From: Planctomycetota bacterium
GTDB lineage: Bacteria > Planctomycetota > UBA8108 > SXIK01
Assembly: GCA_965223265.1 (NCBI GenBank)
Contig: OZ244999.1
Location: 4,000,001-4,064,000 of the forward strand
Length of the DNA stretch: 64,000 nt
Direction of reading: 5' to 3'
The stretch's first letter is position 1; each line of letters starts with the position of its first letter. A program made the translations under genes and the position numbers. Shown one piece after another: positions 27,009-36,085 of the stretch. A model generated the notes under the pieces. It was not told where the DNA came from. It saw only the letters and a program-made list of their open reading frames with translations, and made no database searches.

Positions 27009-28106
27009 TTGCGCGTTCTCGGCATTGAAACCACTTGCGATGAAACCGGCGTGGCGATCGTCGAGGACGGCTATCGCATCGTCGCCAATGTCGTCAATTC
27101 TCAGATCCCGCTGCACGAGCGTTTCGGGGGCGTCGTACCCGAGATCGCCAGTAGAGCGCACACCGAGACGATCACGCGGCTGGTCGAGAAGGCCATCGCC
27201 GAGGCTGGTCTTGATCTTTTCGGTGCACGTCCTCCCGTCGACGTGGTCGCCGTGGCGAATCGCCCCGGGCTCATCGGCGCGCTCCTTGTCGGCGCCACGG
27301 CGGCAAAGAGCCTCGCTCTTGCGTGGGATGTGCCGCTCATCGGCGTCGACCACGTCCACGCCCACATCTACTCGGCCCTGTTGCGCTCCGAAGCGCCCCC
27401 AGAGCGGCCAAGCATGACGGACTACTTTCCCGCGGTTTCGCTTGTGGTGTCAGGCGGTCACACGACTCTGTACTCGAGTCGAAACTCGTGCCATCACGAG
27501 CTGATTGGCCAGACGACAGACGACGCCGCCGGTGAAGCTTTTGACAAAGTCGCGTCGCTGCTGAACCTCGGATATCCGGGCGGACCGGCGATTTCGAAGG
27601 CAGCACTGAGCGGCGACGCGAAAGCGATTCGTTTCCCGCGTACGCTTTTACAGAAAGACTCGCTCGATTTTAGTTTCTCCGGTATCAAGACGGCGGTTCG
27701 CTACCACACCCGGGGCCAAGACGCGTCGCGCTCGGCACCGCTCAAAGCCGGCATCTGCGTCCCTGACGTCGCGGCTTCGTTCGAAGAAGCAGTCGTCGAC
27801 GTCCTGGTGGAAAAACTGCGCCGCGCGCTCAAGCGCGAAGGAGCCACGGCCGCGATCGTCTCCGGCGGCGTGGCCGCCAACCAAAGACTTCGGCGACGCC
27901 TGCAGGAGTTCACCGCCGCGGACGACAAGGTGCGATTGCACATACCCGAGCTAAAGTTCTGCACGGACAACGCAGCTATGATCGCGGCCTTGGCCCATGA
28001 GCTCTGGACTGGCGGCGCGCGCCACGACCTCGACCTCGCCGTGTCGACGACCGCGACTCCGTCCGCGGAACTGCTGCGTCCCTCTCCCGCTCCCAGCAGC
28101 CAGTGA
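27009..28106 (+). CDS. tsaD: tRNA N6-threonylcarbamoyltransferase
   Basis: LGIETTCDET, GGVVPEIASRAH, HVHAH, VSGGHT, DDAAGEAFDK, FSFSGIKT, CTDNAAMI; GGAGG RBS before TTG 27009. Confidence 0.96.
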   Translation: MRVLGIETTCDETGVAIVEDGYRIVANVVNSQIPLHERFGGVVPEIASRAHTETITRLVEKAIAEAGLDLFGARPPVDVVAVANRPGLIGALLVGATAAKSLALAWDVPLIGVDHVHAHIYSALLRSEAPPERPSMTDYFPAVSLVVSGGHTTLYSSRNSCHHELIGQTTDDAAGEAFDKVASLLNLGYPGGPAISKAALSGDAKAIRFPRTLLQKDSLDFSFSGIKTAVRYHTRGQDASRSAPLKAGICVPDVAASFEEAVVDVLVEKLRRALKREGATAAIVSGGVAANQRLRRRLQEFTAADDKVRLHIPELKFCTDNAAMIAALAHELWTGGARHDLDLAVSTTATPSAELLRPSPAPSSQ

Positions 28107-28133
28107 GCGGCGAGATCGAGCGAAAGGAAACCG

Positions 28134-28892
28134 ATGACCCAAGACGATCTCCGCAAACTACTGAAGAAAGTTTGGTCGCAGCGAGTCTCCGTTGAAGACG
28201 CTCTCAGAGAACTTCGAGCCCCACCCGTCGAAGATTTCGAGAACGCCCGCGTGGATCACCACCGCGCCATTCGCTGCGGTTTTCCAGAAGTAATCTACTG
28301 CGAGGGAAAAGAACTCGCCGATATCGCCGAAATCGCGCAGAGCATTCTCAAACACTCCCCGCTACTACTCGCCACGCGCGCTTCCGCGGACGTCTATCAG
28401 ACGATCCATAAAGTCGAACGCACGGCGACTTACTACGAACGTGCGCGCTGCGTAACTGTGGTGAAGAAAGACCCCGAACCGCAGCAGGCCCGCATCCTCG
28501 TCGTTTGCGCGGGCACCGCCGACCTGCCCGTCGCCGAAGAGGCGCGGGTGACAGCGGAGCTCGGCGGCTTTACAGTCGAGACCGTCTACGATGCCGGGGT
28601 GGCTGGAATCCATCGGCTCCTCGGCGAGTCACAGAAAATCCAAACCGCAGACGTGATCATCGTCGTGGCCGGTATGGAGGGCGCACTGGCGAGCGTCGTC
28701 GGCGGCCTCACCGACGTACCCGTGATCGCGGTGCCGACGAGCGTCGGCTACGGTGCCAGCTTCGGTGGCATCGCGCCGCTCCTCACGATGCTGAACAGTT
28801 GCGCGGCGGGCGTCGCGGTCGTCAATATCGACAACGGCTTTGGCGCCGGCTATCTCGCCGCCCAGATCGGCCGGCGACGAGTGGTCGAGTAG
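28134..28892 (+). CDS. larB: nickel-pincer cofactor biosynthesis protein LarB
   Basis: ARVDHHR..RCGFPEVIY, AGTADLPVAEEA, DAGVAGIHRL, AGMEGALASVV, PTSVGYG, VVNIDNGFGA. Confidence 0.92.
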   Translation: MTQDDLRKLLKKVWSQRVSVEDALRELRAPPVEDFENARVDHHRAIRCGFPEVIYCEGKELADIAEIAQSILKHSPLLLATRASADVYQTIHKVERTATYYERARCVTVVKKDPEPQQARILVVCAGTADLPVAEEARVTAELGGFTVETVYDAGVAGIHRLLGESQKIQTADVIIVVAGMEGALASVVGGLTDVPVIAVPTSVGYGASFGGIAPLLTMLNSCAAGVAVVNIDNGFGAGYLAAQIGRRRVVE

Positions 28893-28910
28893 CCGAGAGA
28901 GGTCAACCAC

Positions 28911-29780
28911 GTGGACGGGCAAGAGATCAAAGAACTGCCGCGCATCGCATTGCGTGCTGCCGAGGCGCACAAAGGAAACTTCGGTCGCGTCCTGATCGTC
29001 GCCGGCAGCGACTTGATGCCGGGGGCGGCGATCCTTTGCAGCCGCGCCGCACTGAGATCCGGCGCAGGGCTCGTCACCGCGGCGGTGCCCGAGACAATTG
29101 CACCTGCTGTTGCGGCCGCGGTGCCCGAGGCGACGCAAGTCCACTACGATGCCCGCGACCAAGGGACTTCGGTTGCGACGCTCGAGGCGGCGATAGGGAG
29201 TACTCAGTTCTCTGCCGTCGCGGTCGGGCCCGGGCTCGGCGTGTCGGCGGTTTCGAGCGCTGTCGTGACGTCAATGCTGACAAATGCCGCCTGTCCTCAA
29301 GTCGTCGATGCCGACGCGGTGAACATCGTGGCCGCTAGCGGCCAAACGCCGCCAGCACGTCGACCTGACCGAGTTTGGACACCCCACCCGGGGGAGTTCT
29401 CGCGGTTGACCGGCGAGCAGCCTCACACCGACGATGAACGACGTCGCAGCGCCGTGGACGCCGCCACACGCTTTGGCGGCGTCATGCTCCTCAAGGGCCA
29501 CGGCAGCGTGATCGCCACGCAAGACTCCTACGCCCTCAACCTTACGGGCAACCCCGGCATGGCGACCGCAGGCAGCGGTGACGTGCTCACCGGAATTGTC
29601 GCCGGGCTCCTGGCCCAAGGCTATCCCCCGTTCGATGCAGCGCGGCTGGCGGCTCACCTCCACGGCAAAGCGGGCGACCTCGCACGCCGACTGGTCGGTG
29701 AGCTCGGCCTCATCGCCAGCGATCTGATCGAAGCCCTGCCGTCGGCCATCGTCGAGCACCAGAAAGAAACCGGGCCATGA
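28911..29780 (+). CDS. nnrD: ADP/ATP-dependent NAD(P)H-hydrate dehydratase
   Basis: HKGNFGRVLIVAGS, GPGLG, VVDADA, TPHPGEF, GNPGMATAGSGDVL. Confidence 0.92.
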   Translation: MDGQEIKELPRIALRAAEAHKGNFGRVLIVAGSDLMPGAAILCSRAALRSGAGLVTAAVPETIAPAVAAAVPEATQVHYDARDQGTSVATLEAAIGSTQFSAVAVGPGLGVSAVSSAVVTSMLTNAACPQVVDADAVNIVAASGQTPPARRPDRVWTPHPGEFSRLTGEQPHTDDERRRSAVDAATRFGGVMLLKGHGSVIATQDSYALNLTGNPGMATAGSGDVLTGIVAGLLAQGYPPFDAARLAAHLHGKAGDLARRLVGELGLIASDLIEALPSAIVEHQKETGP

Positions 29781-30754
29781 CCGTGAGGATTGCGCACTTC
29801 TCGGACGTTCACATCACGCAGCAACCGTCCGAAATCGCGTGGCGCGATCTGCTGTCAAAACGCTTCGTCGGCTGGGCGAACCTGCGATTCTTCGGTCGCT
29901 ACGCAGCACTCGCGGACGCGGAGACGGTCGCCGCCGCTCTCGTCGACGATCTCGACGAGCTGAAACCTGACCACGTCCTGTCGACTGGCGACTTAACGGG
30001 TCTGTCGCTGCCGAGCGAGTTCGCCGCGGCGCGGCGCGCTCTGGCTCCGCTTCTCGAACGAGCCAATGTCACCTCAATCCCTGGGAATCACGACGTCTAC
30101 GTCCGCAGTGCGGCCGCGAGCGGACTCTACGACGAGGCGTTCGGCACCTGGACGCGTACGGAAGTTTCTCACGAGGAGATGCCGGCGGATGTTGCCCACG
30201 ACTACCCCTACCCTCTGCTCCGCTACATCGAAAACGACATCGTTCTCTGTTGCCTTCGCGACGTGCGCCCGGCGCCGCTGCACGACTCATCTGGATTGGT
30301 ACCGGCGGCTCAGCTGCGAGCCCTCGACCACCTGCTCGGCTCGCAGGCGGTAGCGCCGCGTCGCAAGATTCTGGCGCTCCACTACGGCCTGTGCCGGCAC
30401 GACGGCTCGCCCGACACGCGGCTGCATGGGCTACGAAACGCCAAAGATGTGTGGGATATCGCAGAGCGGCACGGCGTCACGCTTGTCGTTCACGGCCACC
30501 TCCACCACCGATTCGTCCACGCCCAAGGCGCGGTCGCTCCGTTCGCGATCGCTAATCCGGGCGCGCTCGCCTACAGCCGCGGCGATCGCACCTATCACGT
30601 GTATCACTTCGACACGGACTCGGTCCGCCTGGAGGTGCGACGCTTCAACGCCGAGCAGCAGCGCTTCAACGAGTGGAGCGCTGCGCCGGGAAGTGGCTGC
30701 ATCTGGTCCGCTGCGACCGCAGCCGACGCTGCGCGCGCTGACGCGCAGCCGTGA
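29777..30754 (+). CDS. calcineurin-like metallophosphoesterase
   Basis: SDVH, TGDL, PGNHD, LHY, HGHLH motifs. Confidence 0.88.
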   Translation: MTVRIAHFSDVHITQQPSEIAWRDLLSKRFVGWANLRFFGRYAALADAETVAAALVDDLDELKPDHVLSTGDLTGLSLPSEFAAARRALAPLLERANVTSIPGNHDVYVRSAAASGLYDEAFGTWTRTEVSHEEMPADVAHDYPYPLLRYIENDIVLCCLRDVRPAPLHDSSGLVPAAQLRALDHLLGSQAVAPRRKILALHYGLCRHDGSPDTRLHGLRNAKDVWDIAERHGVTLVVHGHLHHRFVHAQGAVAPFAIANPGALAYSRGDRTYHVYHFDTDSVRLEVRRFNAEQQRFNEWSAAPGSGCIWSAATAADAARADAQP

Positions 30755-31003
30755 CATTGGCACCCGTGCAGCTGATTCCCCGGCGCGACGTGTTGGGCAT
30801 CACCGCAGAGCGGCTTCTCTTCGATCTGAATCACCCGTCGACGTAACGCGGCGCGCCTGTCACGAATCGCTCGCCGCAGCTCTGGCGACAGCAGCGAAAT
30901 CGACTGGACAGCGCCGCGGCTTTCGCGATCATCGACCGTCGCTCGTCCGGCTGATGCGGGAGTCCCTCTCCGTGACCTGGCCCTCACCTACTAGGAGTCA
31001 AGA

Positions 31004-32962
31004 ATGCGTACTCTGAACAGACTCAGCCGCACGCCACACGCTCGTCACTGGCGTTTTTTCTCCGTCGCATTGGCACTTCTCTTCGGCTGCTCGAGTGACG
31101 CCACTCGGAGTGGAGACGCATCCACGGGCGGCAGGAGCGACGCGCAGAGCTTCTGGCTCGAAAACATGGTTCTGTTTCATGGCTACACAACTGAAGAAGT
31201 CGCGGCAGCCACGGGACACGGCGTCGAAGAGATCGCGACCAAGGTCGCCGCAGTTCGAAGCGACGAGCAGGCAGGGAGAAACACGCTCACGCCGCCCGCC
31301 GACCGGCTCCTCATTCTTCCCTACCCTGGCGGACGCCACCCACGCATCGGATTTCTCGACGGAGCGATCGATCCGTGGCGCGAGACGAAGTTGAGTGTGT
31401 TCTTGCCGTGGAAGGACGCAGGCTACGTCGTCGTCGACTTACCCGAAGCGCTGTGGAGAAACCGCGAGCTCCCCGACGACCGTCGACTCATGTTTCTCGC
31501 CCACACGCACATCCCAACGATTTGGGATGACGCAGGGGTCACTCTGGAGCGGCGAGACTGGTCGCGCGGTGCCGATGGGACTCTCGAGAACACGTTCAGC
31601 ATGCCGAACGGAGTGATCATCGGCGCCAAGGCGACGCCGCAGCGAGAGTGGGTCGATCTCGAGTTGACGCTCGACAACGGTAGCCCCGAAAGACTCGCCG
31701 GTTTGCGCACCCAGATCTGTGTCATGCTCAAGGGCGCACCGCAGTTCAACGCGCAAACGAACGGCAACAAGCAGCTGGAGGACGATGATCGCACGTTTCG
31801 CACGCGCTACGCCGCCGTCCGCGCCGCGGGTGCCGAACGCTGGGTCGTGACGCTGTGGACACGTTCAGACAGGCCGTGGGGAAACGAAAGTTGCCCGTGC
31901 ATTCACGCCGATCCATGGTTTCCCGATCTCCACCCCGGAGAAAGTGCGACGCTTCGCGGCCGGCTCTTCTTTCATGAAGGAGACGGACTCGATGCCGCGA
32001 TCAAAACACACCGCGACGCATTGGATGCGGTCGCTCCAAAGAAGAAACGTCGGCAACCTCGCCTCGTGAGTGTCCGCAAGATTTGGGACAAGGCGCCGCA
32101 CAATGCCTTCACCGACCTGATTCACCACAACGGCCGCTGGGTCTGTGTGTTTCGCGAAGGTCAAGCGCATGTCTCCCCCGACGGCGCCCTCCGCGTGCTG
32201 GGCTCTGCCGATGGAGTCGAGTGGGAATCTCTGGCGCTTCTGACGTCCGAGACTGCCGACCTGCGTGATGCGAAGATCTCGGTCGCGCCTGACGGCCGCC
32301 TGCATCTTTCGGGCGCCGGCGCGCTGCACCAACCCGCGGCCGCGCGCCATCAATCGCTGGCATGGTTCTCACCCGACGGCCGCGAGTGGACTCCATCGAT
32401 CGCGATCGGCGACCCAGACCTGTGGCTCTGGCGCACCGACTGGCATAGCGGCAAAGGCTACGGCATCGGCTACTCAACGACCGACAAGGAGTTCATTCGA
32501 CTCTATGAGACGAGCGACGGGGCGAACTACCGCACCCTCGTCGACCGGTTGCTCAGCGGCTCGTACGCCAACGAGTCGTCGTTCGCCTTCCTCCCTGACG
32601 GCCGCGCCCTGTGTCTGCTACGACGCGACGGAGAACACTCGTCTGCCCTCCTTGGGGAGGCCTCACCACCCTACAAGGCTTGGCGCTGGCGGGATCTTGG
32701 CGTCCGCTTTGGTGGGCCCAAGCTCCTTCGGTTACCGGATGGACGCCTGATCGCCGGCGGCCGGCTGTACGACGGCTCTACCCGGACGAGTCTCTGCTGG
32801 CTTGATCCGGAGGCGGGCGAGCTGGTGGAGGCCCTGAAGCTACCGTCCGGCGGCGACACCAGCTACCCAGGGCTCGTCTTCCGCGACGGCACGCTCTATG
32901 TCAGCTACTACGCCTCCCACGAAGGCAAGTCGGCGATCTACTTTGCGACGGTGGAGCTCTAA
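31004..32962 (+). CDS. putative lipoprotein: uncharacterised N-terminal domain fused to a sialidase-like beta-propeller
   Basis: Lipobox-like LLFGC; C-terminal half has HNAFTDL, FREG, DLRDAK, Asp-box-like S.DG repeats and GGDTSYPG. Confidence 0.7.
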   Translation: MRTLNRLSRTPHARHWRFFSVALALLFGCSSDATRSGDASTGGRSDAQSFWLENMVLFHGYTTEEVAAATGHGVEEIATKVAAVRSDEQAGRNTLTPPADRLLILPYPGGRHPRIGFLDGAIDPWRETKLSVFLPWKDAGYVVVDLPEALWRNRELPDDRRLMFLAHTHIPTIWDDAGVTLERRDWSRGADGTLENTFSMPNGVIIGAKATPQREWVDLELTLDNGSPERLAGLRTQICVMLKGAPQFNAQTNGNKQLEDDDRTFRTRYAAVRAAGAERWVVTLWTRSDRPWGNESCPCIHADPWFPDLHPGESATLRGRLFFHEGDGLDAAIKTHRDALDAVAPKKKRRQPRLVSVRKIWDKAPHNAFTDLIHHNGRWVCVFREGQAHVSPDGALRVLGSADGVEWESLALLTSETADLRDAKISVAPDGRLHLSGAGALHQPAAARHQSLAWFSPDGREWTPSIAIGDPDLWLWRTDWHSGKGYGIGYSTTDKEFIRLYETSDGANYRTLVDRLLSGSYANESSFAFLPDGRALCLLRRDGEHSSALLGEASPPYKAWRWRDLGVRFGGPKLLRLPDGRLIAGGRLYDGSTRTSLCWLDPEAGELVEALKLPSGGDTSYPGLVFRDGTLYVSYYASHEGKSAIYFATVEL

Positions 32963-33167
32963 CGACGCCTCTCTGGCCGACGGCAGCGCTCGTGGAGGCA
33001 GTGGCGCGATTTGCGTCCAAAAACCGATTGCAATCCCGCCTGGGTTCGGTACTTATTATGGGTTTCCACCCGCCATGCGAAGCTTCCGGGGAGACCCAAC
33101 CCGGGCCGCCGGCGGGATGCGTTTCGGCCAAGACTTCAGCTCACGACAGAGGCACGGTAAGAAGAGG

Positions 33168-33782
33168 ATGGGACACTACACCGGTCCGAAGGCAAGAATC
33201 AATCGGCGCTTGGGGGAGAATGTCTACGACTCGAAGGGAGCGGAACGCGCGGCGAATCGTCGCTACACTCCCCCAGGTCAACAGGGCACGCAGCGCCGTC
33301 GACGCGTCTCGGACTACGGCCGCGCTCTCATTGAAAAGCAGAAGGTCCGTCACTACTACGGCCTCAGCCAAAAGCAGCTCAACCGCTTCTACGGCATGGC
33401 GAAGCGCACCAAGGGCAACACCGGTGAAAACCTTCTCCTGATCTGCGAAAGGCGCCTCGACAACGTCGTGTGGAAGGCCGGTCTGGCGCGCTCGCGTTCG
33501 CAAGCCCGCCAGTGCTGCAGCCACGGCCACTTGCTCGTCAATGGCCGCCGCACATCGGTGCCGTCCTACCTGGTGCGCCCGGAAGACGTCATCGAGGTGC
33601 GCAAGAAAGCCAATCTGCAAAAGATGTACACGCAGGTAACGGAAGAAGTCGACCGCCCCGCGGCAGGGTTCCTCGCATTTGAGCCGAAGGAACTCAAGAT
33701 TAAAGTGATGCGCGACCCGGCTCCGGATGATGTGGGTCTACCGGTGAACATCAACCAGGTGGTTGAATTCCTGGCGCGATAG
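33168..33782 (+). CDS. rpsD: 30S ribosomal protein S4
   Basis: MGHYTGPKARINRRLG, SDYG..L.EKQK, ERRLDNVV, PSYLV. Confidence 0.96.
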   Translation: MGHYTGPKARINRRLGENVYDSKGAERAANRRYTPPGQQGTQRRRRVSDYGRALIEKQKVRHYYGLSQKQLNRFYGMAKRTKGNTGENLLLICERRLDNVVWKAGLARSRSQARQCCSHGHLLVNGRRTSVPSYLVRPEDVIEVRKKANLQKMYTQVTEEVDRPAAGFLAFEPKELKIKVMRDPAPDDVGLPVNINQVVEFLAR

Positions 33783-33913
33783 CGCGGACAGGCTCGTCTC
33801 GGATCAAGTCCGTCGCCGCAGCGCTTCCTCGTGTCCTCTTCCCCCACTCGTCCAGGGTGTGTTGGAAGATGGGACCTTCTCTGCGTACAATGACCGGCCG
33901 TGCATTGCGGACG

Positions 33914-33966
33914 GATCTGGGCGCGAAGCGACCAGTTTTCGACTCGAAGCACTTTTTCACAGGCTG
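33914..33966. mobile_element. family A miniature element, right-arm fragment
   Basis: GATCTGGGCGCGAAGCGACCAGTTTTCGACTCGAAGCACTTTTTCACAGGCTG followed by CTAG; matches the right arm of 22742-22901. Confidence 0.75.
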
Positions 33967-34019
33967 CTAGCTCTGTGCGAGCGCCATCGCCGGGGCGGGC
34001 AGTCGGAAGGAGAGGTCCA

Positions 34020-36038
34020 TTGCTGAAGCGACATTGTGCAGCGATCACGCTCTTTGTGATGGGGACGATTCTCAACGGGCCGGAAGCTGCGGCACAAGAC
34101 TCGTTCGGATTCTCGCTCTCAGGCCCGAGCACGCTCTCCGGTCTTTCCGGCTCGAGCGTTAGCGGCACCTATTTCGTGTCGCTGACGCACAGCGGTCCCG
34201 GCGTCGGGGCCCAAGCATGGTCGATCGGTATTGACACCGACGTGGGAGCTTTCACGGCAGGATCGCTTGAAGACACCGACGCACTCGGCTTCTTCAATTC
34301 GGGATTTCAGCGTCACACGCCCGCCTCGAATGGAACCGGCTTCATCAGCTCGGTAGCGCTCTGCTTTGGCTGCCCTGCAACACTCCCCCCAAACAGCACG
34401 TTGACCATCGCCAAGCTTGAAGTGGAATTCCCCGTCCCGGCCGGCGAGGCCACGGCGACACTGAACTTCGTCGATGGCCTTGACAACGGCGGACAAGCGG
34501 TGAAGAACGTCGCCACCCAGCAAGGCACCTCGTTCTTTCCGTCGCTGACGAATCTCCAGGTTCAAGTGAGTGACGCAGCAGATTGTTGCGGAGCAGAATT
34601 CAACATGGCGATCGGCGCAGGGCTGGTCGACAGCGTCGAGCCACTGGACGCCGGCCTCGGAGACCCGGGTGCGCTGTGCCTTTTTGACGGCGGCACGCTG
34701 ACTGGATCGACCTCGGGCGGCGCCGTCGCCAACGTGAGTCTCCTCTCGGACACGGCCGGTGCTGGAATCCAGGCCTGGTCGTTCGGCGTCGAAGCTCTCG
34801 GCGACATCGACTTGACCGATTCGAAAGACATCGTCGATTCGCCCTTCAACGGTACGACGCAGCAAGCAGCGTTCGATTCCGGTTTCCGACAGACCCTCGT
34901 CGTCACAGGACCCGCCGGACGGCGCGGTGTTACGACGGGCATCGCTCTCTGCTTCGGCTGCCCCAACGCGCTGCCTGCCGTGGGCGCGTTCACCGTCTTG
35001 CAAACGACGGCTGTGCCTCTAACGGGATCGCTTGAAGACACGGTCACGGGGCGGCTCGCGATTGCCGGGGATCTTGAAAGCGGCGGACCAGCCGTCCCGG
35101 TGCGGGTGACGGTCGAAGGCAGCAGCTCGGTGCCGTGCAGCGCGGAAAACACCGGCATCGACGTCGTTTTGGAGCCAGTGCCCGACGCGGATGGGGATGG
35201 CTCCCCAGACGATTCTGACAACTGCCCGAGCGATCCGAATCCGGACCAGCTCGACTCCGATGGCCAAGGCGGCGGCGACGTCTGTGACGTTTGCCCGGCT
35301 GATCCGACGGACGCGTGCAATGCAGAGAAGTCGGCTGGTGAGACGGTCGAGCCCGACATGGCGGGCAGCGTGCAGACTCCGGATGAAACCGTCACCGTAG
35401 ACGTGCCCGTGGGCGCTATCGACGAACCGACGTCCGTGTCCATCACCGACGGCGGCGAGAACTTCGCCATCGAGACGAACGCCGGCGGCGGCACGGCAGT
35501 CGCAGCCGTGACGCTCGGGCCAGCCGGCATCGAATTCGACACGCCCGTGACCGTGACATTTTGCTGGGCCGACGACGATAGCGATGGAGTCGTCGACGGC
35601 ACCAGCATCAATGAGAACAGCGTAGTGCTCACCAAAGATGGAGAAGTCATCGCGGGTCCCTGCGCCGGCGACCCCAACTGCAACGCGGACGACAATTGCT
35701 TCGTCGTCCAGGTCGACAGTTTCAGCGTCTTTGCGGTCGTCGCCCTCGGCGGCAGTCAAAAGCCTGGCGACATCAACCAAGACGGACTTGTCGACATCTC
35801 CGACTCCGTCACTCTCTTCAACTTTCTCTTCGTCGGCAACCCGGAGTTCCTGCCTTGTGGCAACGGCAGCATCGTCGAGCCGGGGAACGTCTCCCTGACC
35901 GATCACAACGGCGACGACCTGATCGATATCTCCGACGGCGTTGCCGGACTCAACTGGTTGTTCACTGCCGGAAGTCCGCCGCACGTTCTCGGGACGGAGT
36001 GCACAGCGATGGTGGGCTGCGCCAACGTCTGCGAGTAG
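34020..36038 (+). CDS. secreted multidomain protein: two cohesin-like repeats, TSP3-type Ca-binding repeat, ZU5-like domain, C-terminal dockerin
   Basis: GGAGAGG RBS before TTG; signal peptide ending AAA-Q; duplicated QAWS.G...SGF...ALCFGCP..LP; DADGDGSPDDSDNCP..PNPDQLDSDG; dockerin PGDINQDGLVDISD / DHNGDDLIDISD. Confidence 0.75.
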   Translation: MLKRHCAAITLFVMGTILNGPEAAAQDSFGFSLSGPSTLSGLSGSSVSGTYFVSLTHSGPGVGAQAWSIGIDTDVGAFTAGSLEDTDALGFFNSGFQRHTPASNGTGFISSVALCFGCPATLPPNSTLTIAKLEVEFPVPAGEATATLNFVDGLDNGGQAVKNVATQQGTSFFPSLTNLQVQVSDAADCCGAEFNMAIGAGLVDSVEPLDAGLGDPGALCLFDGGTLTGSTSGGAVANVSLLSDTAGAGIQAWSFGVEALGDIDLTDSKDIVDSPFNGTTQQAAFDSGFRQTLVVTGPAGRRGVTTGIALCFGCPNALPAVGAFTVLQTTAVPLTGSLEDTVTGRLAIAGDLESGGPAVPVRVTVEGSSSVPCSAENTGIDVVLEPVPDADGDGSPDDSDNCPSDPNPDQLDSDGQGGGDVCDVCPADPTDACNAEKSAGETVEPDMAGSVQTPDETVTVDVPVGAIDEPTSVSITDGGENFAIETNAGGGTAVAAVTLGPAGIEFDTPVTVTFCWADDDSDGVVDGTSINENSVVLTKDGEVIAGPCAGDPNCNADDNCFVVQVDSFSVFAVVALGGSQKPGDINQDGLVDISDSVTLFNFLFVGNPEFLPCGNGSIVEPGNVSLTDHNGDDLIDISDGVAGLNWLFTAGSPPHVLGTECTAMVGCANVCE

Positions 36039-36085
36039 TGCCCCACCGGCCACGCCTCTGCAAGCCGACGGATACCGCCGGGGCG

